Source: Antedon mediterranea (taxonomy: Eukaryota; Animalia; Echinodermata). Taken from it: a DNA stretch of 64,000 nt. The stretch's first letter is position 1; every line of letters starts with the position of its first letter. The stretch covers positions 24,379,237 to 24,443,236 of the forward strand of contig NC_092672.1 in assembly GCF_964355755.1 (NCBI RefSeq). Reading direction: 5' to 3'. Shown here piece by piece: positions 13,301 to 28,300 of the stretch. The notes under the pieces are model-generated. The model searched no databases. It was not told the origin of the DNA and saw nothing but the letters and a program-made list of their open reading frames with translations. Both the position numbers and the translations under genes were made by a program.

Positions 13301-16300
13301 TATGACATGTAAAATACCTCTAACATGAGGAAAATATTGTTTCACAATATGACGTCATAAAAGCCACACCCAATATACTGTATACATAACTTCGTGAAAA
13401 AATTAAAGAAATAAATAAATATGGCAAGTTTAGTATCAAATTATAGCTTAATAGATGTACAATACCACTTACATGAGGAAAATATAATTTCACAATATAA
13501 TGACGTTATCAAAGACACAGCCATTATATATTACAAACTTCGTGGGAAAATTTAAGAAATCAAATTAATATGGCATGTTTGGTATTAAATTAAAGCTATG
13601 ACATGTACAAAACCACGGAACTATACAAAATATAATTTTGCCATTACTTAAGCCACACCCATTATATAAATATATTACATAACTTTCATAACTACTGTAG
13701 ATCATTATAAAGCTCTGTCTACAGCTATCCAACTTTATGTGAGAAATAAATGTGATGTGCACATGGTGATGATGATATTTGGGCATAGAGCACACTTTTT
13801 TTGTCAAACTTATGTAGTGATAGTGTAGACATAGCTTAAGATTGACAGAAAGATAAACCGCAACAGGCACAGAACATGAATTTTAAACTGCCCGGTGATA
13901 TACTGAAATAAAATTAATTATAGATGATATAGTTAGTATACTGTAATCTGTTTAATATTTCAGAATATAAGTATACCTTGATCATGAGCATAAGAATAAA
14001 AAAAACAATACATTTTACAATGCTTTATAGAAATAATTAAAATTGAAAAATTTAAAAATATTAATTTATTAATATAAATTAAGGATATTTATAAGATTAT
14101 TAATATTAGTCATTTTTTGTGTGTTAGATATTCAGGAATATTATGTACATTTTTTGTAACTTTGTTTATTATTTAATATTTTCAATAGAATGGCTGGACA
14201 GCATTAATGTATGCTGCTTTTGTAGGTAATACAACCATCTGCCAACTGGTCTTAGATGGAGGAGCTGATGTTAATATGCAGGATAAGGTAAGTCATACAC
14301 ACAGTTTATAACATTAATTTAACCTTCAGTGAAACAAATCAATAAATTGAAACTATTGTTTTTAGAATTTAGATGACTACCAGTACTATAAGACTTTAGG
14401 AAAATCATAGATATTATATAATATCTCTATGGGAAGATCAATTTAGTTGACAATACACTACTGTAGTATCCATGTTATTATACTATTGTAGTTATATTAT
14501 AATAATACCAATTCTCGTAACAAACATATTTTAAATATATCTTTTACATTCTTAAAATGAATAGAATAACACAATACTGGTGTGTGTATATAGGTCAATA
14601 TAGAAATGATGAATATTATAAGTTATAAACACATGCGTAATAACTTATTTTCTTCTTTTTTACAAATTCTCATACTATTCTGATTAAATTTGCAATCAAA
14701 TTTTTTTATTACTGTAAGAACATGTATACTTCAAGTTACTTGTTTACACACTGTTATACCATAACATTAACACGTTCACTGCCACGGCGTATTTATACGT
14801 CAAACATTGCGTGTCGCTACTTGCCAAGACGTAATACTACGTCAAAATCGTAGCACTTTTGTATTGTATGTAGAATCGCTGGCAGTGGTGATTGGAACAG
14901 GAATTATCGCATGGCAGTTTATGAATGATGTACGTAAACGATAATCTAAAAATAAATGTCATATGTTGGAGTGGTGCAATTGAATATTAACAGCTACCAA
15001 CACAATTTGAAATTTAAAATAAATTGTCCAGTTTTATAATTGCACTGTAAAATAATCCTATAAATGAAATTGTTTAAAACATGTAGGATACCTTTTATTT
15101 TCACAATAGTTTTGCATTAAAATAAAATTGATTATAGATGATATAGTTAGTATACTGTTATCTGTTTAATATTTCAGAATATAAATACCTTGATCATGAG
15201 CATAAGAATAGTTTACAAAAAAACAATACATTTTACAATGCTTTGTAGAAATAATCATTTAAAATTGATTGTTGTTTTTAGAAAAATTATTTTCAACATT
15301 GAAAAAAATATTAACTTTTATTAAATTAAAGATATTTATAAGATTATTAATATTAGTCATTTTTTGTGTTCGATATTAAGGAATATGATGTACATGTTTT
15401 GTAACTTTGTTTATTATTTAATATTTTCAATAGGATGGCTGGACAGCATTAATGTATGCTGCTTTCGCAGGTAATACAACCATCTGCCAACTGGTCTTAG
15501 ATGGTGGAGCTGATGTCAATATGCAGGCTAATGTAAGTCATACACACAGTTTATAACATTAATTTAACCTTCAGTGAAACAAATCAATAAATTGAAACTA
15601 TTGTTTTTAGAATTTAGATGACTACCAGTACTATAAGACTTTAGGAAAATCATAGATATTATATAATATCTCTATGGGAAGATTCATTTAGTTGACAATA
15701 CACTACTGTAGTATCCATGTTATTATACTATTGTAGTTATATTATAATAATACCAATTCTCGTAACAAACATATTTTAAATATATCTTTTGCATTCTTAA
15801 AATGAATAGAATAACACAATACTGGTGTGTGTATATAGGTCAATATAGAAATGATGAATATTATAAGTTATAAACACATGCGTAATAACTTATTTTCTTC
15901 TTTTTTACAAATTCTCATACTATTCTGATTAAATTTGCAATCAAATTTTTTTATTACTGTAAGAACATGTATACTTCAAGTTACTTGTTTACACACTGTT
16001 ATACCATAACATTAATATGTGTATTCAATAATATGTTATACACATTTATTTTCCATAATTCATTGCCGAATGTGCTTTAGAAATAAAGTGTGAAATGAAT
16101 TTCACACAACAGTTTTTAAATATTTTTGCTATTGATTATTAATTTAACTACTGTACTGTAAATAAAAAATGCTGATAGCATACACCTCAATCATCAAAGT
16201 AAAGTTAAATGGTATTATATTCAGTATGTTTTTATAAATTGATAACACTATCAACCTGGCCTACTGTTACCAAAATGGTAGTACCTAGCTAGGCCTAGTT

Positions 16301-19300
16301 GCTGAGCAACCATCACAATGCCAAACAAAATGATGAATATTATAAGTTATAAACAACAACAACAATAACTTATTTTCTTCTTTTTTTACAAATTCTCATA
16401 CTATTCTGTTTAAATTTGCAATCAAATTTTTGTATTAAGAAAATGTATACTTCAAGTTACTTGTTTAAAAACTGTTGTGTGAAATTCATTTCACACTTTA
16501 TTTCTAAAGCACATTCGGCAATGAATTATGGAAAATAAATGTGTATAACATATTATTGAATACACATATTAACACATTGACTGCCAAGGCATTTTCCGTA
16601 ATTTCTGTCCCAGTGCCAAGTCCCGTTTACATATTAAATTACAGTTTGAAAGTGTAACATCTGGTCACAGACTATCATGATGTCATTCAAAATACGATGG
16701 CGGGAAAAACCGTTGAGACGTATAAATACGTCACTGGCAATGGTCCAACAATTTTATTGACTTTGCCAGGAACGTAAATATACGTCAGGGATTTTCCGCG
16801 CTAAAATCGGTCAAACTGTTCATATACGTCATTGTCCACGCTCATACGTCATTGTCCACGTGCATGCGGTACATCATTGCCCACATTGCTGTTCACAATG
16901 GCGGAAAACATTAGTGCTGACCAAGCTATAGCTATACTTATGGCAGACGATGAAGATGATGTAGATACAGATTCTGATATGCGATCAATTGATGAATATA
17001 GTGAAGATGACATGAGTAGTGATTATGCAGATAGTGATCATAGTATCACTTCTTCGGATGACACAGACGTAGGCCCAGCAGTGGTGATGCGTGGTAGACC
17101 TGTACCCCGCGGGCGTGGCCCAAGAATGAGAGGAGGGCGCGGCCGAGCAGTCGGGCGCGGAAGGAATGCATCTCCAGTAGGAAGTCCAAGACGTGGTCGT
17201 GCACCTCGTCGTGTGCCGCGTGGTGCTGCTGCTCGCCGTGGTGCTGCTGCTCGCCGTGGTGGTGGGCATCATGTATGGACAGACGTTGCAGAGGACCCAC
17301 CAGATTTTATATTTTCAGATATCCCTGGATTAAAAATCCAAATGCCAGATGATGCATCACCCTTTGATTTTTTTGAATTGTTTATTACGCCACCGATAAT
17401 AGATATGATGGTTACCGAAATGAACAAATATGCTATATCGGAGATCAATAAAAACAGACCGTTGACACGTTCTTCACGTATGCATGCCTGGTACAATACG
17501 AACGCAGTTGAGATGAAGAAGTTCCTTGCTCTAATGATTCAACTTGGTCCAAATAATAAACCAACATTGGAGCACTACTGGAGCTCTAATGTCTTGTACA
17601 AGAACACATTATTCGGCGGTGTTATGTCCCGTAACCGTTTTCAACTAATGTTACGATTCTGGCACTTCGTTGATAATGAAGCACATCATGATGATAGATT
17701 ATACAAGATACGACCTCTTGTGGATCATTTCAATGACACGATGAAGAACATTTATTATCCAACAAAGAAATTGTGCATTGACGAATCAATGGTACTTTGG
17801 CGCGGCAGGCTACTATTTCGACAGTACATAAAGAATAAACGCCACAAGTATGGGGTGAAATTTTATGAACTATGTGAATCGCGAGGTATGATCATAAAAA
17901 TCGCTATATACACTGGAGCGGGGTTTATTGAAGATAATGAAGGCCTAGGACTGACTGCAGCTATAGTTTTAGAACTTATGAAAGATTACCTGGACAAAGG
18001 CCATGTTTTGTATACGGACAATTATTATAATTCTGTAGGGCTGACAAAACACCTAACCCAGCATTCTACATACTTATGTGGAACGCTCAGATTTGATCGC
18101 ACCGAAAACCCCAAGGATGTGATAAACAGAAAATTGAAGAAAGGAGAAATTGAATGGAAACGGTCCGAATCAGTAGTCGTTTGTAAATGGAAGGACAAAC
18201 GAAACGTGCTAACAATATCGAACATGCACAGAGTTGAGATGGTCGATGTTACGAATCGAAAGGGTAAAATTCAGAACAAACCAAATATTATTGGCGACTA
18301 CAACATGGGAATGTCCGGTATTGACACGTCCGACCAGATGTTGTCTTATTATTCTTCTTTACGTAAGACGCTTCGCTGGTATAAAAAGATAGGCCTACAT
18401 ATAATCGAGATGTGTATTATAAATTCCCATATAATGTATAAAGATAAAACCGGGAAAAATATGTCACTTTTGGAATTTCGTGACAGTCTGACAGTTAGTT
18501 TGTTAGGAGATGCATATACTGCTCTTCAGGAGAAAGGGGACCCACTCCCACCTGCCCCGGCCGGGGCCGCATTTCATTACCTTGATGTGCTGCCAGCTTC
18601 GGAAAAGAAAGCCAATCGTGCCAAAAGATGCGTTGTCTGCGCAAATGCACAGGTTAGAAAAGAAACACGCTACTACTGTCCTGTCTGCCCTCAAAGACCC
18701 TCCCTCTGTGTAGTCAACTGCTTCAAAGCATATCACGAGTAAATAAAATGTGTACCGGTAATCCAAAGAGATGAGAAATGACCGGCTGTGTATTACATGC
18801 CATTTTGTGTTATTTTAAAATAAAAAATGATTATTATTATTATAGCGTAATTATAGTATTTATTTCCAATGACGTCACAAGCTGGGGTCAATATCTGACC
18901 CCCATCCTCTGACCCACCCTATCATCGAGAGATAAAAACAGTAAACCACACTGAATCATTTCATCCTTTATTATTTTTATTTACTATTAGCGCAATTTAT
19001 GACATGTTTGAGATGATTATATTGAGTGTGAGGGCGCCATCGTATCAACCATATTCAATGCATGAGGGAATAAACACAAACAAACATATGACATTTATTT
19101 TTAGATTATCGTTTACGTACATCATTCATAAACTGCCATGCGATAATTCCTGTTCCAATCACCACTGCCAGCGATTCTACATACAATACAAAAGTGCTAC
19201 GATTTTTGACGTATAAATACGCCGTGGCAGTGAACGTGTTACACACTGTTATACCATAACATTAATATGTGTATTAAATAATATACACATTTATTTTCCA

Positions 19301-22300
19301 TAATTCATTGCCGAATGCTGCTTTAGAAATAAAGTGTGAAATGAATTTTACACCACAGTTTTTAAATATTTTTGCTATTGATTATTATAATTTAACTAAA
19401 TTAAAAATGCTGGTATAGCATACACCTCAATCATCAAAGTTTGTAAAGTTAAATGGTATCAAAGTCAGTATGTTTTTATAAATTGATAACATTCAATAGA
19501 ATACTCATAACACTTTTAGCATAAACTTCTTTTGAATATTTAACTGTATTTTAGTATTAGGCAGGTTAGAAAATAGGAATAACATTTGTTGATATAAGTT
19601 TAAAACAAAGAAAAATATACATTTAAAAAAAAAATAAGTTGTGAATATGAATCATGTCTATCATCAACCTTCACCTTGATTCCTTTGCTCTTTATATTTT
19701 GAGGATATTTCTAGATCAAAATGATATATCTATGCTGAAATGAAAGGTTGTGAAGATTACTTTTGGTAGAAGGGCTCTTCTTACCTAAAATTAAAGCAAA
19801 TACATAAGCCCATAACACCATAATAATATTATGCCAAAATATATATTACATAACACACACATATATTATACAAAATTTCATATTTTTGGTGGTATATTGT
19901 TCTGTATAATTTTGAAGCTCCTAAGTTGTTTAAATTTAACCAATGGCAGCATATCATTAAAATTATTTGAGTTGCTCCTACAGCCTTGTGTTAAATGTTA
20001 GTTGGAACCATTGTTATAATTTGAAATCTTTTGGTTTAGGAATTAAATTCAAGCCTACAGTATTAAATTTTATTGGCTTGTTACTCATATATCTTGGTTA
20101 AATTTAGCTATTTTAGGGCTTTCAACAATCTACCCAGTGGGCAAAAATTGGTTGAATTAACGTTAATTCAACGTTATCTGCAAACGTTGAAATAACGTTG
20201 AAAAAGTGGTTGAAAATGAAAGTTTGCCTCAACGTAAATGTCAACGTTGAATCAACATAGAAATTATCAACGTTGAAACAACGTTAAAATAAGTAACGTT
20301 GAAATAACGTTGAAAAAATGGTTGAAAATGAAAGTTTGCCTCAACGTAAATGTCAACGTTGAATCAACATAGAAATTATCAACGTTGAAACAACGTTAAA
20401 ACAGGTAACGTTGAAATAACGTTGAAAAAATGGTTGAAAATGAAAGTTTGCCTCAACGTAAATGTCAACGTTGAATCAACATAGAAATTATCAACATTGA
20501 AACAACGTTAAAATAGGTAACGTTGAAATAACGTTGAAAAAATGGTTGAAAATGAAAGTTTGCCTCAACGTAAATGTCAACGTTGAATCAACATAGAAAT
20601 TATCAACGTTGAAACAACGTTAAAATAAGTAACGTTGAAATAACGTTGAAAAAATGGTTGAAAATGAAAGTTTGCCTCAACAAAAATGTCAACGTTGATT
20701 CAACATAGATTATCAACGTTGAAACAACGTAAAAATGTCTACGTTGAAATTATCAATGTTGATTCAATGTTGAAATTATTAACGTTGAAACAACGTAATA
20801 ATTAAGTTGAAATGAAAATTTGCATCAACGTAAATTTAAACATAGATTTAACGTTGAAATTTGATTTGTTGAATTACTATATCCAATTTGAATCAACGGT
20901 TTTAAAGTAGTTAGTAGTAAAGTTACTGTTACGTCGCAGAATCCATCAATAGAGACATTTTATAAATACTGTATATCTTACTAATCTTTAATTTCTATAA
21001 AAACATAAAATAACATTTAATCAGGTGTTATCAAATCATCAGACAAAATCCAAGCAACAATCAAATAATGTACATCCTCACTGACAGTTCTCAGGTACCA
21101 ATGTTAAGTATAAAAAATATAAAAATAACCAGTTTGTAATATGTTTGCCAACTAACATGATTGAATAACTATAAATATTGGCTGATTACAGTAAAACACA
21201 ATAAATACAACACACGTCACAGGTGCCTTGTGCTAATGTTGCAGAAGTCCAAATGATGGCAATAACACAATACTGTACTGTAATTGCATTGTTCCGATTA
21301 GTCAATAAACAGTTGCCTCGATTCCTGTGTTGACATTGTCCTATGCTTTCCAAAAGTGTGGCAATATTATTTTTCCAAACCTGAAACAAATTCAATCAAG
21401 TTACTGTAGTTTTAAACAAAAATAATACAGTAAAAAATTAATTGTTGAAAGATTTATTGTCCCCAAAAAACATGAACAATGAAGATTAATACAATCATAC
21501 TTTGAATACCTTGCCATTTTGCAATTTTAAAGATCATGGAACATGGTATTTGATGTTTATGTAAAATAGTAGTATTATAGTTGTTTTCCTTGATGGATAT
21601 TAAACAGACAATAAATTAAAAGTTTTCAGGACATAATTAAAGTGTTTTCTGCTATTTCGCGCAACTGCTCTCAGTTCACGACTATTCGGGTTTTTTCGGC
21701 ATTTTCCGGTAACCTCTGATAGTGACGTCATAAGATGAAGAAACTTTTTGTCAACACGTATTGCGTATGATTTTGACAGTTCTTCGTCAGAGGAATTAGA
21801 AGAGGAAACATTGATAGTGGAATGCGAAACTGAGGAGAATGAAGGAGAAACTATTTTGTTTAACAATCGAAATATTGAATGGAATGTCGATGAAATTAAT
21901 TCGGCCGTACATGTACGAGCCCGGTTGTAGTTCTGACGATTCTTCATCATCAGAAGATGGCGACGGTGACCGTCACCGGCCTAGTAGGCCTAGGCCTACC
22001 TACAATTCAAGCAGAGAATATTCAACTTCAAACCCAGTTATTAAATTGGTTAGTAGTACTATCTCTTTTATTAAAAATTAATGTATAACTTTATTGTATA
22101 ATTAACAATTCCCTAGTAGATAACTACGATATTCTTCCGTCATGCCAGTGTGTGTATTGTGGCTTAGTTAGGCCTAGGCTAGATAGAGGCTAGGCCCTAC
22201 TACTGTACTTTACTCCAATTCATGCGGCTAGCCCTCTCACCGGCGACGGTCGGCTATCGCCTATAAGCCTACGGCCTAGATTGAATTTTTTTAACGAAAT

Positions 22301-25300
22301 AAAGATTAGGCTAAATTGAATCGTAGAAAACAAAAATGTACATTACGGTATTAGACTGACCATTTTATTTAACAAATTTGCACTTTGTTGTTTGAAATAG
22401 GCCTAGGGTAGGCCTAGATAGATAGGCCCACCCCTACGGCTAGCCAAGATGCAGATTTATTTTCCTATTTCACACACAATACATTAAATTAATCATTAAT
22501 AATCACTAAAACTTTAAAAATATTTAATATAGCGCCCTATAAATTGTGACATCTCAGAATATTGTAGCGCTCTAGAGCGCTACAATATTATTTATTATTA
22601 CAAAATATTTTTGTTTTTATAAAACAGGTGTGATTGTGGCCATTGCCAGATGCTACCCATGTATCGCGAAAGTCGATGTTGCCAGGAAGTAGGCCCTATT
22701 ATTTATTAATCATAGGCTGGAGGAAGGTCAGACAATTTACAATACGGAGAAGCCTACATATGCATCACTGAACATCCTGGATTCACTGCTGCCTGTTTGA
22801 ATTTGCATGTGTTGGAAATTGCATGGCTGCATTACCACCAACAGTACGACACACCTGTTGAAGCCTCAAAACATGAACGTCTGAGACATATTGCGTACCG
22901 GCAACCCGCCAGATGGTGTTGGGGGTTTTTGGGCCGAAACCTAAGGGTAGTCTTACCATCATGTGCCGTTTCCTGCATAAGAGCCCACTTCCCACCACCA
23001 GGTATGGAAGATGATTTCCAGTTTGCTGGATTTTTGGATTGAGTAAACATTTAGCACCAACTTGTATTGAGATTACAATTAACCACATACAATTATTTAC
23101 TGTACTTCATAAAGGAAAGTATTGTACACTGTATCTGATAGAAATAAAATGATCAAATAGAAATAAAATATACATTTCTCTGACACAATTTATTAAAAAA
23201 TGATGCACACAAGTGATTATTTTGTTTATAAAACTGTTGGCTCTGGATTGTGGCGCTGTATCCACATAAACAAATGGCTTTTAATCTTTCACTAAAAAAA
23301 CGAAATAATGATTTATAATAAAAAGCATGATGGAATGTATCTCATTTCTTGGAGTATGTATTATACTTCTTATTTGAAGTTGATCAGTGGACCTTTTGGC
23401 TGCTGATTTATTTACTGCATAATTTTTGCCTTAGTTGTTCACATTTGGAAATCTTGTGAAGTGGTTGGCAATAGCGGTCTCTTTGTCGGGGCGTTCAAAT
23501 CCTGAACAGAGTTGGGGTGGCGCATCAACAACATCAACATCTTCTGCTGTCCCTTCAACAATGCTCATTACCTCCAAGATGAGGTCATCCACATACCCTG
23601 CGAAATAATAATACGGTACTGTAAGAACAAAATCATTTGTAAAAGTGCAATAAGATTATATAATTTATAATTTGACTTTTCTAAAGCAAATTTCAAATGG
23701 TTCAATTTTTGTTCAAATCAATAGAGAATATAGTGCAATCTGTCATGCAACTTACAAATTATTGCAGTCAGCTTGTGCACAAGCTTTATTTTTATGAGGG
23801 CAGAACAACTCCCCACCTGAACTATTATGCTGGGGCTTTCAACACAGAACTACTAGCCTAGGCCCTTTGTGTTGCTGATTTTAAAACCGAATTAATCACC
23901 TAGGCCTACTACTCTACTATACTAGAAAGAAGTACTACCTAGGCCTACCTTTTATTTAGTTAATCGACGACACAACAACTTCAGTTTTACTAATTTTTTT
24001 ATTGCGTTTAAAAACACGATAATAATGCATTCGTATAACTGACTGTAACTAACCATTCCAAAGTTTGGGTCCGTAATTGAAAATGTAAACCTAGGCCTAG
24101 GACCATGTATTGTTGGTCTGGTCAATTTCCCCACGACGTTCTTCGCCGCCTTCGCGTTGGTCCGCCTCGCCTTCAGAATCGGTGAGATCGGGCTCTCATA
24201 TAGGCCTACGGTTGAATTAATTGCATTCAATAACACTTTCTTGCGTATCCATAACGTCGTCTCCTTCATCTTCATCAATTTCGAATTCATAATGGATAGT
24301 TTCCTCTTCAAAATCAGACTCCGAACTGTCGAGATCGTACACAATACGTGTTGACATCTTGCCGATACAGTACAGTTTGTATACAAAGAGAGATGCGTCG
24401 CGACCAGGGCAGCAGTGCAGTGTGTTCATCTTATGACGTCACGATTTATCGCCTTGGATTTCCTGCTTCCAAATTCGACTTCGGAGATATAAACTCCGAT
24501 GTATGTAAATCATAAAAAAATCATAATTTACGCTTATAGAATTTATTTTATCAAAACGTACTAATAAAATCAACATATTCAGACCCAAATCAGCCAAAAA
24601 ACGTTATACATCAAATACCATGTTCCATGATCTTTAACAATTTAGATATTCACTTGCCGTAGAAAATAAACAAAAACAATAAAGATTTCACTTAACAAAA
24701 ATACAAAATAAACAGTACATTTAACCAAAAACCAATTGTTTGTTTAAATTGTCCCCCTTTTAAGGTACAAATGCATTTTTAAAAATCTAATTTTTGGTCA
24801 AAGTGAACAACTCTATAGTGACGGCATATTCAACCAAACATTTAAAAAAAAATTGTTCAGTTCAATTATATCTTAACACATTGTTCAAAAATCATACTGT
24901 ACATAAACAAAAATTCAATTCAGAACATCATTTCACACTTACACGTAACATATGCAATCAATTAAATTTATGTAAATAATATTGCAACACTGTATTAATA
25001 TTTACGCCGTGGTTAGGATTCCGGCACCGAAACTCAACTGCCCAGCGTTAGAGAATCCGACACGCTATTGCGCATGCCCAGAGCAAGGTAATCGGCGACT
25101 CTATTTTTGTCTACAACAGACCAAAGCGTGGTTCCCACTAGCGACGCAACACAAGGACGTAACGCAACGCAAGTAAATTGACCAATCACAAGCGATGGCT
25201 TATTCGCTTGTGATTGCTAACTGTCTATAACTTCGCTTGTCATTGGTTAAAACGCTTGCGTTGCGTTTACGTCCTTGCGTTACGTTCTAGTGGGAACCAA

Positions 25301-28300
25301 GCTTTACAGCGATGGATCATTTTAATAGCTGCGCCACGGCGAACTAGCCGGCCTACATGCCTACTAATACTAGTAGGCCTACCAGCTAGATGTGACCATT
25401 GGGCCTATTTATTTCGTAATTAAATTTGCTTCATTCATATATAAACTTTATATATTTATGAATTATAATTGCATGACTAGTTTTATTTTTTATGATTTTT
25501 CAAGTACAAAATAAAAGATTTCATATAAAGCATTTATACTGTACATAACATCATGCAATAGTATACAAGTTGATTTGTTGACAGCAGCCGCCGTGCGGAT
25601 GTGAAAAAAAAAAAACAGAACTGTTCGGGAGAAGTCGGTGTCGCAACGCTACGCTATTCATTTTCGTACATTTCTTGAAATACGCAAGCTGATTCTTATC
25701 AATATCATAATAATTATTTTAATGCGTGGCGTAATTATTAATTCATGTATGGCCTAGGCCAAGTTTCATCCATCGCTCTCTCCCCCGCGCGCCGACTAAC
25801 TAGGCCACAGCAAAGATATCTTTGGCTACACAGTACATCCCTAGTTAACACTCCGACTCTCGGGTAATGTGGTGCGCGGTCTGTGGCACTAGTGCAAGCT
25901 ATAAATACTTCGCTCTGGGCATGCGCAATAGCGTGTCGGATTCCCTAAACGATGGGAAGTTGAGTTGCGGTGCCGGAATCCTAACCACGGCGTAATATTT
26001 ATTCAATTCAATATTAAAGTTAAGAACTATAAATACCAACCTTTTGTATATAAAAAATATTGATCATCCATTAGATTTTTCTCGTTTGATTCACATAGAA
26101 AAGATTATAGGCCTACATGAACTTCATTATTTTGTACTCTAGCTAGGCATAGGCCAGGGCCTTAGCTAGGCCTACAATCTGAAATAAAGAAAGCGAGTAA
26201 GTTTAACAAATAGCCGTCCTAGGCTAGCAGCATGTGTTTGTATATTAACACTAATATTAATAGCATTAGCAGCTACTGTAGACAGCCTAGCAGAAAGCTA
26301 GCTAGGCCAACTAATTATATATTATAATGTTATATTTATGTATACTTTTGGATAAATAAAGAAAGTATTGAACTAAATAAAAGGCCTAATACATACCATT
26401 TTATAACCATATAAGTACAGTACTGTAGTTATCCTTGGCAAGGCAAATGTTTGCCCTTGACATGCATAATACTAAATGCTTCCACTAGGCCTAGTGAGTG
26501 AATTCAGTTCATCAGTTTGGCAGCCTGGGCTAGCCTCTAGGCCTAGCCTACCAGGCTATAGCCTAGCTATGCATGTGTGGCCTACTAGACTAGAGGCTAG
26601 CTATTGATAAGGGTAAAATAGTCAAGCTCAAAGCTTATAAATTAGTAGATTACAAATAAAAAAGATTGTTTTCCTACCTCAAAACATACTTATTTGACAA
26701 TTTCAATGATGAGCCTTTTTTTCTACACACCACTACTGCTGTAGGCCTAGCCTACGTCGAAGTAACTGAAATTACTGACACCAGTTTCAAAATGTTATCA
26801 AAACGAAACTAAACCAATGACAAGCTCGTATCTTATGAAATTTGATCTTGCATGAAAGGATCATTCAATTTTCAACACAACTTCTAGGCCTAGAACATTT
26901 TTGTATTATACAGAGACAATAATATTTGCCAATCAAAAAATTCCTAAATAACCAATAATCATTTGTTTTACAATAAAGGATAAATAAAATAAACCGCCAA
27001 CTGAAATCTAATGTTAATTTAACGTTGAAACATCAATGGCAACGCACTTAGTATTAAAAAAATGTAAGTATTAAATAGAATTTATCTTGAATTTAACGTT
27101 TAATTAACATTGAAAAACAAAAATAATAATTGTTTGAAAAAACAACATAATTTCAAGAGTTTTTCAACGTTGAAAACATGTCATTTGCAAATGGCAACTG
27201 GATTTCAACGTTAAAATAACGTTGGAATAACATTGAAAAACAAAAATAATAATTGTTTGAAAAAAATTATTAGTTAGAAATACAATGTTATTTCAACGTT
27301 GGATCAACATTGATAAATTAACGTCAATTACTAGTTAGAAAGACAATGTTATTTCAACGTTGGAGCAACATTGATAAATTAACGTAAATTTCTTGTTAAA
27401 AATACAATGTTATTTCAACGTTGGATCAACATTGATAAATTAACGTAAATTACTAGTTAAAAATACAATGTTATTTCAACGTTGGATCAACATTGATAAA
27501 TTAACGTAAATTTCTAGTTAGAAATACAATGTTATTTCAACGTTGGATCAACATTGATAAATTAACGTAAATTTCTAGTTAAAAATACAATGTTATTGCA
27601 ACGTTGGATCAACATTGATAAATTAATGTAAATTTCTTGTTAAAAATACAATGTTATTTCAACGTTGGATCAACATTGATAAATTAACGTAAATTTCTAG
27701 ATATAAAGACAATGTTATTTCAACGTTGTATCAACATTGATAAATTAACGTAAATTACTAGTTAGAAAGACAATGTTATTTCAACGTTGGATCAACATTA
27801 ATAAATTAACGTAAATTTCTAGTTAAAAATACAATGTTATTTCAACGTTGGATCAACATTGATAAATTAACGTAAATTACTAGTTAGAAATACAATGTTA
27901 TTTCAACGTTGGATCAACATTGATAAATTAACGTAAATTACTAGTTAAAAATACAATGTTATTTCAACGTTGGATCAACATTGATAAATTAACGTAAATT
28001 TCTAGTTAAAAATACTATGTGATTTTAACGTTGGATCAACATTGATAAATTAACGTAAATTACTAGTTAAAAATACAATGTTATTTCAACGTTGGATCAA
28101 CATTGATAAATTAACGTAAATTTCTAGTTAAAAATACTATGTGATTTTAACGTTGGATCAACATTGATAAATTAACGTAAATTACTAGTTAGAAAGACAA
28201 TGTTATTTCAACGTTGGATCAACAATGATAAATTAACTTAAATTACTAGTTAAAAAGACAATGTTATTTCAACGTTGGATTAACATAATAAATTAACGTA

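Larger units (their letters stand above)
21531..24633. mobile_element. Kolobok transposon, internally deleted
   Basis: Perfect 26-bp TIR AGATCATGGAACATGGTATTTGATGT, TTAA TSD, and convergent KolX and transposase remnants. Confidence 0.88.

Noticed and set aside
16832-16897. N-terminal extension of the piggyBac ORF
   Set aside because: It starts at TTG; the first ATG in good context is at 16898.
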